Of a DNA stretch of 22,360 nt, positions 10,493-17,781 are shown piece after piece. Positions within the stretch are counted from its first letter, which is position 1; each line of letters begins with the position of its first letter. A program made the position numbers and the translations under genes. This DNA is from an uncultured virus (IMG/VR IMGVR_UViG_3300021365_000007) (taxonomy: Duplodnaviria; Heunggongvirae; Uroviricota; Caudoviricetes): the IMG/VR virus record IMGVR_UViG_3300021365_000007. One strand, written 5' to 3'. The notes beneath the pieces are model-generated. The model saw only the letters and a program-made list of their open reading frames with translations, did no database searches and was not told the origin of the DNA.

Positions 10493-13400
10493 TGGCTTGT
10501 AAATATACTATAGGAGGAAGAGAAGATGCTACACTTGATAAAACACTCAAGTATGTAGAAGATACATCCACTAATCAACGTGAGGCTTTTGAAGTACTAG
10601 AAATTCTACTTACGGAAGATATAGTTGTACCAATAGTAGACGAAACCGATCCAGAAAGAGAAATTACAAAAGGCATTGTAATAGAAGATAGTTTTATAGA
10701 CGATAGAATAAATACTTTAAAAGGTATTAATGCAGGAGCTAAAGAATACTTTGGAGTAAGCGGCGATCTTATTAAAATTAGTAAAAAGGGTACTCTTACG
10801 GAAGTTACTATAAATACAGGCATACTGTCATCAATGAAAGCTGATCCTGATGCAGCCTACAGAGCCAATGAAGCACCAGAAGAACAGGAAGGAGCTGTAG
10901 AAGAAGAAGAAGAAACTGAAGAGTCACAACCAGAAAGCGAGGAGACTCTTTACGTTACAGCTCGTAGACAGTTGATGGATGACACTACAGGTATGCTTAT
11001 TGTTAACCTTCAAAAACAAATTGACAGGTTATCTAAAATACCAGAGACACAGCTTACTAAACAGAAGCTTGCAGAGATGGAGGTTCTTAAAAAAGAACTA
11101 GAGAGAATAGATAAAGAAAAAGCCAACCTAGATGACTACATGGACTTTGTAGATTTTACTGTCCGTACTTCTGAGAGAGCTGAAAGTTTGTTAGCTAAGA
11201 TCGAGGGGCAGGTATCTGAAAATCCTACACAAGAAGATAGGAACAAGATGCTTAAGGATTTATCCGAGCTTAAGAAAACCATAGATGCTTTTTATAATGA
11301 TAACTCTTCTAGGTCCCTTGTCAATAATCTAGAGGAGCTTGTTAAAGATCTAGATGATGTCCAAGAAGATATAGACGACACGGTAATTCTGTTACGACAG
11401 GCAGCTTCTGCAATGAAGAGAGTTAACGAAAAGTTTTTGGATACTGGGTTAGAACTACTAACAGATAATATGCTAGAGTCTGCTCCCCCTCAGATAAATA
11501 TAGAGTTGAACGAGAGGATAGCGGGTATCAAAGCTAACAGAAGAATAGATGGGCTATCAAGAATGGATAGAAGGTATAGAGCTGCACGTGCAGAAGGTAT
11601 GGGGGCCGTCCTTGATCTTAATATATTACAACTTGAAGAAAAGAAGATAGGTAGAGCGTCTATACTAAAGGAGCTAAGACAAACACATAAAGACCAAAGC
11701 TGGTTCAGTGCTTTCTTCTCACCTGTAGTATACAATAAACAAGCTTCTGTACAATTGTTTGCTGAGTCTGTGCGTAATGCATTGGTTACTGCAAATGACG
11801 AAACTTTAGATTTTAAATACGATATACTACAACCATCGTTTCAGGCTTTTAAAGCATGGAAGATGTCTCAGGGAAACATTAGTGAAGACAATGTAGAAAA
11901 GTTATATGAAGACTTTATAGAAAAAATTACTGTATCATCACTAGATAAAAATGGGGACAGAGTAGACACTGAAGCTCTTGCATTTATGCAGGAGTTCGAT
12001 ATGAACAAGTTTAATCTGGCTAAAGCAAATGCTTTTGAAACAATGAGGAGTGAGTACAACTTCCCAGAGGACCCAACTCAATACGATGAATACTTCAAAA
12101 GTGCTGTAGGTAAAGCATACCTAGGAGCTACAGCAAGATGGTATGCAGAGAACACTGAGAAAGTGCAAGGAGCTGAAACGATCTTAGCTGCACTACGATC
12201 TGAACGTGACGCAGTATATGCAGAAATACAAAGACTAAAACCTGAAGGACACTCTGATAGAATATCTGCTTTATATCTTCAATACAACGATCTAAAGTAT
12301 CAGCTTCTTAAGTCATACAGAAATGGTCAGTTCATAGGTAAGTTATCAAAACCCAAGCTATCTGAATATAAGAATACAAAGTATGCTGTTATGCCTGCTG
12401 AGGCAAGAGCATACTACGATGTACTATTAGCTCAATACAAAAAAGATCAGAAGAGGTTAGGTAGAAGCTCACTACTTAGAAACAGTTGGGAGGACTTCTC
12501 ATACATACTCCCAAGTGTAAGGAAAGATGCATACGATAGGCTCATGGAGCAAGGACCAATAAATAGTGCTAAAGATCTAGCAATAGAAGGTTTTAGAAAA
12601 CAGGAAACGGATACAGAGTTTGGGGCATTGCTTGACGCACATGGTGAGAAGATTCGTATGATACCACAGTACTTCACCAACTTGGTGGATGCTAAGGATG
12701 TATCACAAGACGTAACCAATAGTATGATCAAGTTCAATGACATGTCTAACAGGTACAACGCCAAGTCAGAAATACTAGGAGTAGTTACCATGATGGAGAC
12801 TGCACTAAAGAGTAGAAAGAAACTTACTATGCAACCTGATGGTACATACCTCCTAGACAATACAGCTAGACGTCTAGGTAGAATAAGCTCAAGGTTTGAA
12901 GCAGACGATCCACTTGGGACTAGAACGTACGATCAAGTAAAATCTTTTATAGATAATACTATCTATGGTATGAGTGAGCAAGAGTCTATGGACTCACAGT
13001 TTGATAGGATCAATAAAAATAAAGCTGCAAACTTTGCAGTTACTCTTACAGCATTTAGTACGTTATCTTTTAACTGGTTGCAGGCAGGTAACCAACTGTT
13101 GTTAGATAAAATGACAGGTACGCAGGAAGCAGTTGCTGGAGACTTTTATGGGGTAAAGGACTTAGCTTGGGCTAGAGCTAAGATGGCATTTGGTGGACAG
13201 CTCTCTATGATGAATGACAAGTTCCTACCAAAATTTGGTAAGAAAAATAAACTAGCTAAGTTCTTAGAATCCTTTGATGCTTTTCAAGCCTTTGGTAATG
13301 AGTTTGGTAAGGAAGCTGGAACAGCAAAAAAGAAAGCTTTGTCAAGAGATTCCTTTATGGTTCTACAGCAAACAGCTGAGATGTTAGTAGTAGCAGAGAG

Positions 13401-14352
13401 AGCACTAGCTATGGCTCACGCTACTGCAGGTAAAATGCTTGACAGTAGTGGTAAGGTTATACTGAACGAGAATGGTAAGCCCGCACATTTATATGATCTG
13501 CTGACAGAAAATAACAAGGGCAGGTTAATACTTGACCCACGTGTAGCTACTACAGGTAAGTACGCTTTTAATAAAGCCAAGTTTATCGCAAAGCTGCATG
13601 GTATGATGAAACGTACCAACCAGTTAAAAGGAGGATTCGATAGAGTACAAGCTCAAAGATCTGCTGTAGGTAAACTCGGTACGCTGTTCAGAAACTATCT
13701 TGTCCCTGGCTTAAGAAAAAGGTTTGGTAACTTTGATGGGGCTATGATAGATATTGAGATGGCTGCGGTCAACGAAGGATACTATGTAACGTTTATGAAT
13801 CAGATGATTAATGCCATGCTAGATCTCCAAGAGGGAAAGATAGGAGCAGCTATAGGTAAGATACGTCCAGGTATTTTTAAGAGTACTAAGAACTTAGATA
13901 GGACAGAAGCCAACGTTAGACGTATGTACTACGAAGTTATGATGTCTACTGTACTAACTATGATGGCAACATCTCTTGTAGATATGATGGATGATGAGGA
14001 AGAAGAGGGGTACGTAGGATCTTATGTAGCATACCAGTTACTTAGACTTAGTAGTGAGTGGTCACAGTTTAGAAGTACAGCACTCATAGATGTAGTACAA
14101 GACCCAACAGCTGCAGCTAACCCTGTTAGACACCTAGTAGAAGCTCTAAGAGCAATGTACATACACTTAGGGTACAAAGCAGGATTCAAAGATGAGTCAG
14201 AAGCTCTTTACCAAAGAAGATCAGGTAGGTGGCAGAAAGGAGATCCTAAAGTGTACAAAGAGATACTAGACTTTGCCCCTGTCTTGAGAGGCTTCTTTAC
14301 TTCTTCTGATCCAGAAGAGGCAAGAAAGTACTACGATATGAAAAAGAAGTAA
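10492..14352 (+). CDS. Large putative virion-internal/ejected (cargo) protein, 1286 aa
   Basis: Long ORF coupled to the RNAP gene by a TAATG overlap. Helical/coiled-coil composition, an acidic linker (10870-10944) and a C-terminal hydrophobic helix followed by DDEEEE. Size and position match the large proteins flanking crAss-like virion RNAP genes. Function is inferred from context only. Confidence 0.7.
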   Translation: MACKYTIGGREDATLDKTLKYVEDTSTNQREAFEVLEILLTEDIVVPIVDETDPEREITKGIVIEDSFIDDRINTLKGINAGAKEYFGVSGDLIKISKKGTLTEVTINTGILSSMKADPDAAYRANEAPEEQEGAVEEEEETEESQPESEETLYVTARRQLMDDTTGMLIVNLQKQIDRLSKIPETQLTKQKLAEMEVLKKELERIDKEKANLDDYMDFVDFTVRTSERAESLLAKIEGQVSENPTQEDRNKMLKDLSELKKTIDAFYNDNSSRSLVNNLEELVKDLDDVQEDIDDTVILLRQAASAMKRVNEKFLDTGLELLTDNMLESAPPQINIELNERIAGIKANRRIDGLSRMDRRYRAARAEGMGAVLDLNILQLEEKKIGRASILKELRQTHKDQSWFSAFFSPVVYNKQASVQLFAESVRNALVTANDETLDFKYDILQPSFQAFKAWKMSQGNISEDNVEKLYEDFIEKITVSSLDKNGDRVDTEALAFMQEFDMNKFNLAKANAFETMRSEYNFPEDPTQYDEYFKSAVGKAYLGATARWYAENTEKVQGAETILAALRSERDAVYAEIQRLKPEGHSDRISALYLQYNDLKYQLLKSYRNGQFIGKLSKPKLSEYKNTKYAVMPAEARAYYDVLLAQYKKDQKRLGRSSLLRNSWEDFSYILPSVRKDAYDRLMEQGPINSAKDLAIEGFRKQETDTEFGALLDAHGEKIRMIPQYFTNLVDAKDVSQDVTNSMIKFNDMSNRYNAKSEILGVVTMMETALKSRKKLTMQPDGTYLLDNTARRLGRISSRFEADDPLGTRTYDQVKSFIDNTIYGMSEQESMDSQFDRINKNKAANFAVTLTAFSTLSFNWLQAGNQLLLDKMTGTQEAVAGDFYGVKDLAWARAKMAFGGQLSMMNDKFLPKFGKKNKLAKFLESFDAFQAFGNEFGKEAGTAKKKALSRDSFMVLQQTAEMLVVAERALAMAHATAGKMLDSSGKVILNENGKPAHLYDLLTENNKGRLILDPRVATTGKYAFNKAKFIAKLHGMMKRTNQLKGGFDRVQAQRSAVGKLGTLFRNYLVPGLRKRFGNFDGAMIDIEMAAVNEGYYVTFMNQMINAMLDLQEGKIGAAIGKIRPGIFKSTKNLDRTEANVRRMYYEVMMSTVLTMMATSLVDMMDDEEEEGYVGSYVAYQLLRLSSEWSQFRSTALIDVVQDPTAAANPVRHLVEALRAMYIHLGYKAGFKDESEALYQRRSGRWQKGDPKVYKEILDFAPVLRGFFTSSDPEEARKYYDMKKK

Positions 14353-14371
14353 TAAATTATATATACAAAAA

Positions 14372-14734
14372 ATGAAATACATACTAACATTAATACTATC
14401 AATGACTTTTACTAGTCTACTTGGTCAATGTAATCAACATGTATTCACCTCAGTAGGTGCTACAGAATGGACAAATTTTGAATATATAGATTGTGATGGT
14501 GAAGATCATTACTTTGGGTTACCTGCCGGAGGATATACTATAATATTCTGTGCAGATATAGGTACAGCATTTGCTTTAAACGGGGATGGGTTTGTATACC
14601 CGCTACTAACAGAGCACCCTAACTACGCATCATGCGTACAAACACCGTGTGTAGGAGATTTTGATGAAGACGGAATTATAGGTGTAGAAGATCTCCTTGT
14701 ATTTTTATCAAACTACGGTGTATGCGAAAATTAA
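14372..14734 (+). CDS. Small secreted Cys-rich protein with a C-terminal dockerin/EF-hand-like Ca-binding motif
   Basis: Sec signal peptide MKYILTLILSMTFTSLLG followed by QC. C-terminus CVGDFDEDGIIGVEDLLVFLSNYGVC (14648-14725) has a DxDxDG loop and a DLL helix. A-rich leader before the ATG. Confidence 0.75.
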   Translation: MKYILTLILSMTFTSLLGQCNQHVFTSVGATEWTNFEYIDCDGEDHYFGLPAGGYTIIFCADIGTAFALNGDGFVYPLLTEHPNYASCVQTPCVGDFDEDGIIGVEDLLVFLSNYGVCEN

Positions 14735-15897
14735 TATATCTATTAGCCTTATGGGTTCCAACGCTATCTGCACAATGCGATGTAGCTATAAGTAGCTGGG
14801 ATGCCGCGTCAGGTGATATTGTTATTGAAGCAATCAATAGCGAAAATTGTGGTTGCAATGAATTTACAACTGAAGGTAACACGTGTGAAAATAGCGCTAA
14901 CCCGCACGTAAATAACAACACAACAATATCTCATATAGTTTTAGGGTTACATGTAGAAGGGTTAGATTATAATTGGCTGGATTGTTTGGGAGTCAATCAC
15001 CCGGGTTGGACATTTAAATCAATCACTCTTTACGGAAATCAGATACTAGGGAATGGAGATAGTTGGAGTGCGAATGTTTATGATTACGGTAGTTTAACAA
15101 ATGATTGCTGGTCTGAAATGCTTGCTAATGATACTCTATGTACTGAAATAGTTATATGGCAGATTAATATATCTAGAACTGCTTCAGTAGATGATGGTGG
15201 TTGGGCGGCAAATTCAGGGTTTAATCAAACGCAGAACTACCCTGACGTAGATCTTTCTAATAACACAGCTGTTAACTGTGCTTTACCCACATGTGATACT
15301 GTTTATGTAGACGTTATTGAATATGTGGATGTTATTGAATATGTAGATGTTATTGAATACATTACCGACACAGTGTATGTAGATGTTGAGTGGATAACAA
15401 CCGACACGCTGTATATAACTGAAGTGGACACGTTAATAGAGTATGTCCAATTACCACCAGATACTATTTACGAGTATATCTACCTAACTGATACTATGTA
15501 TGTAGAGACAGTTGTATACGAATACATATACATTTACAACACAGACACTATAACTGAATTTGTAGCTGAGTCTATATATATCGATTGTAATACTGGAGAA
15601 CAATGCACTCAAACATTTCCGTGTGACGAGGTATCTATTTTTGCTCCTAATACTGTTACTCCTAACGGTGATGGTTGGAATGATGTTTGGAAAATTATAG
15701 CAGACGGATCTTGCTGGGATCAATGGGAAACTCGTATCTACAATAGATGGGGAGGATTAGTTTGGATTAGCTCCTCTAACTTAGACGAGTGGGATGCTAA
15801 TGTAGCAGCAGGGGTTTACGTATATACTATAACCGCTCATAGTTCTGTTAATACTAGCGTGTTTGAATTTAATGGTACGATAACAGTATTGTACTAA
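14722..15897 (+). CDS. Secreted protein with a gliding motility-associated C-terminal domain (CHU_C / type B T9SS sorting domain)
   Basis: Signal peptide MRKLIYLLALWVPTLSA followed by QC. C-terminal IFAPNTVTPNGDGWNDVW...IYNRWGGLVW...WD...GVYVYTI...GTITVLY (15637-15894) fits the PNxFTPNGDGxND / IYNRWG / GxYxY / GxxxLxR consensus of TIGR04131/CHU_C. Confidence 0.9.
   Translation: MRKLIYLLALWVPTLSAQCDVAISSWDAASGDIVIEAINSENCGCNEFTTEGNTCENSANPHVNNNTTISHIVLGLHVEGLDYNWLDCLGVNHPGWTFKSITLYGNQILGNGDSWSANVYDYGSLTNDCWSEMLANDTLCTEIVIWQINISRTASVDDGGWAANSGFNQTQNYPDVDLSNNTAVNCALPTCDTVYVDVIEYVDVIEYVDVIEYITDTVYVDVEWITTDTLYITEVDTLIEYVQLPPDTIYEYIYLTDTMYVETVVYEYIYIYNTDTITEFVAESIYIDCNTGEQCTQTFPCDEVSIFAPNTVTPNGDGWNDVWKIIADGSCWDQWETRIYNRWGGLVWISSSNLDEWDANVAAGVYVYTITAHSSVNTSVFEFNGTITVLY
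15304..15357 (+). repeat. In-frame 18-bp tandem repeat x3 (YVDVIE)
   Basis: tatgtagacgttattgaa / tatgtggatgttattgaa / tatgtagatgttattgaa; differences fall only at third codon positions. Confidence 0.95.
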
Positions 15898-15920
15898 AGT
15901 AATTCTTCACATAAATGGCA

Positions 15921-15956
15921 GAAAAAAAAGGGCTAATAAGCCCTCTTTTCTTTTTT
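15921..15956. terminator. Bidirectional intrinsic terminator between the convergent modules
   Basis: Stem AGGGCT (15929-15934), loop AATA, AGCCCT (15939-15944). An A-tract on the left and CTTTTCTTTTTT on the right give U-tracts on both strands. Confidence 0.85.
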
Positions 15957-16250
15957 AATCGCTATTTTTAGTAAAATTAAATAACCAATAAGATCCATTA
16001 AAGAATCTTCGGTGTCCGGTGTAATACCTTTATTTTTAATTCTACTTAACTTATCATCTATTCTGATACGTAATGATTCGGCTGCACTTATCTTTGAGAA
16101 CAATCTAATCGGGTTCAACGCGGAATCTCCGTAGGCTTTATTCTTCTCTTCCAATAAGTCTTGCAGCTCGCTCAAAAGATACTCTACTTCTAATAAAGTA
16201 TCAAACTCTTTTGAATTTATTTTTACTGTATCTATTTGCGTTTTTTTCAT
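15933..16250 (-). CDS. Nucleotide-modification-associated domain 1 (Nmad1/DUF1599)-like protein
   Basis: KNKAYGDS...RIRIDDKLSRI...EDSLMDLIGYLIL matches the KNxxYG / RxxDKxxR / DxxxDLxxY pattern of DUF1599. ATGA overlap with the upstream gene. Confidence 0.8.
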   Translation of the reverse strand: MKKTQIDTVKINSKEFDTLLEVEYLLSELQDLLEEKNKAYGDSALNPIRLFSKISAAESLRIRIDDKLSRIKNKGITPDTEDSLMDLIGYLILLKIAIKKEKRAY

Positions 16251-17026
16251 CTTAACTCTTTAGTTTTAATTGAATAGTATTCAGAATTAAATATTTCTTT
16301 TCTCTCATCTGGTTTACTGTGTAACTCACTATCTGAAGGGAGTGTGACGTCTAAGTCACTCTCCATCTTACGTCGAAGAGTATCAGACTGAAAAAGTATT
16401 TTACCAGTATGCCCGTCAATATCAAAGTCATGAAACTCTAGTATCTTCAGTTTCCACAGATCATCGATCTGAGAATACCTACCGTTTATATAGTGTTTAA
16501 ATGACTGCTGACATTTCTTAGGTATATCAAAAACAAACATTACATGATATGGATCTGGATCATATTTGCAACGAAAGTTTCCAAATGAACACAAAGCAGC
16601 TTCAAATTTTAGAAATAAAGAATCACCAGAGTATCTGTACAGCAGAGCTATACAATTTACATGATCTGGTGTTTCTATAAATGCATTAATGAATAATTTA
16701 TCCCACATAAAAAGTTTACGTGACCCGCCTAAAAAAGGCAGAGCAAATATACTAGTGCTGTTGACATGACAATTAAGCAAGTCATAACACACTAGTCTCT
16801 CTTCATGATATCCTGGGACAATGTAATTTACTTTATGAGGGGACTTAGGCTTTGGCCTAATAGTATCCCCTACAGTAATAGTAAAATCACAATCATCATA
16901 TATACAAGTTAAACTGTTTATTTCTCCATTATCTTCTTGAATTGTAGTACAATTAGTTAAATCTCCTGTTAGTCTGACAGTTCTTCCGTTTTGAGGGGTC
17001 ATAACGACCTTATCGCACTTTACCAT
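16247..17026 (-). CDS. Hypothetical phage protein, 259 aa
   Basis: Full ORF tightly packed in the operon (7-nt overlap upstream, ATGA overlap downstream). No motif recognised with confidence. Confidence 0.8.
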   Translation of the reverse strand: MVKCDKVVMTPQNGRTVRLTGDLTNCTTIQEDNGEINSLTCIYDDCDFTITVGDTIRPKPKSPHKVNYIVPGYHEERLVCYDLLNCHVNSTSIFALPFLGGSRKLFMWDKLFINAFIETPDHVNCIALLYRYSGDSLFLKFEAALCSFGNFRCKYDPDPYHVMFVFDIPKKCQQSFKHYINGRYSQIDDLWKLKILEFHDFDIDGHTGKILFQSDTLRRKMESDLDVTLPSDSELHSKPDERKEIFNSEYYSIKTKELR

Positions 17027-17781
17027 GACTCTTTGGTATTTAATTGTGAAACTTCTAAAGGGGGTAGAGACAATTTAGTCTCACGAAATATATCTTCCGG
17101 ACTTCGTAGTAAATATACTAGCCTGAAAGTTTCATGAAACTTAAATAACCCTTCCACCATTCCAAATTTTTCCACATACTTCTTCAAAGCAAACCCTTCA
17201 AAATCTTTTGATCTTGTGGTTAGCCAATTATCAGAAGTCTTCGCACCTACACCAGGTAGGCCCGGAATACCATCAGTACTGTCACCCATGAGCACTTGTT
17301 TCCATAGGAACTTAAGTGCTTCATCAGGTGTGGTGTGTTGAAATTCACTTCTTTGATAGTTATAATGCATACCTACACACTGAAACAAAACATCTTTATC
17401 TGGGGAACAGACAATAGTCTTGCGGTTATCAGTGAAAGAATAATAGCACACTAGATCATCAGCCTCAAGAGCTGTAATTATTGTACAATTATACTGTTGT
17501 TTAAGGTATTCTTTAAGAGCATGAAAAACAATAGGCTTTGGTCTACCACCTTTTCTGTTAGACTTATACGAGTCAGCTACTTTATATCTAAAGCAACGAC
17601 CTTGTGTAAGAAAACCAGAATATAAGGTAGTATTGCAATCTTTTAATATCTTTTTAATTCTCTCATCTATTGTATAGACAGCCTCCTCAAGAGAAGGTTT
17701 GTCCATACAATAGTAAATAAGAGAATCTGCATCTATCAAACAAATGTTTCCGTCTGTTGGAATTCTGTCTATATCACTCAC
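17020..17781 (-). CDS. 5'-3' exonuclease / flap endonuclease (PIN-like FEN fold; T7 gp6/T4 RNase H-like)
   Basis: LIDADSLIY, YKSNRK, LEADD, SPDKD and the H3TH motif MGDSTDGIPGLPGVGAKT. GTG start overlaps the TAG of rIIB. Confidence 0.92.
   Translation of the reverse strand: MSDIDRIPTDGNICLIDADSLIYYCMDKPSLEEAVYTIDERIKKILKDCNTTLYSGFLTQGRCFRYKVADSYKSNRKGGRPKPIVFHALKEYLKQQYNCTIITALEADDLVCYYSFTDNRKTIVCSPDKDVLFQCVGMHYNYQRSEFQHTTPDEALKFLWKQVLMGDSTDGIPGLPGVGAKTSDNWLTTRSKDFEGFALKKYVEKFGMVEGLFKFHETFRLVYLLRSPEDIFRETKLSLPPLEVSQLNTKESW

Noticed and set aside
10484..10494. Programmed -1 frameshift fusing the two giant ORFs
   Set aside because: There is no slippery heptamer, and the -1 frame has a TAA at 10486-10488 just before the second ATG.
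11..14352. Inteins or self-splicing introns in the RNAP or cargo genes
   Set aside because: The ORFs are uninterrupted with no internal Cys. No LAGLIDADG/HNH motif or intein splice-junction pattern was noticed, and catalytic motif spacing looks normal.
14372..14780. Lipoprotein calls for the two secreted proteins
   Set aside because: Cys follows Gln (LLGQC, LSAQC) rather than a canonical L-[AS]-[GA]-C lipobox. SPI cleavage before Gln is more likely.
45..14921. Short antisense and alternate-frame ORFs inside the + strand genes (e.g. 1417-1779, 5701-6033, 12447-12860, 14676-14921)
   Set aside because: Shadow ORFs nested in or opposite long genes. Their S/L/F-rich composition is what the reverse complement of E/K-rich codons gives, and they carry no motifs.
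15304..15357. Possible CRISPR-like or DGR repeat
   Set aside because: The units are contiguous, in frame and lack spacers. Variation is synonymous rather than adenine-specific, and no reverse transcriptase or cas gene is present.
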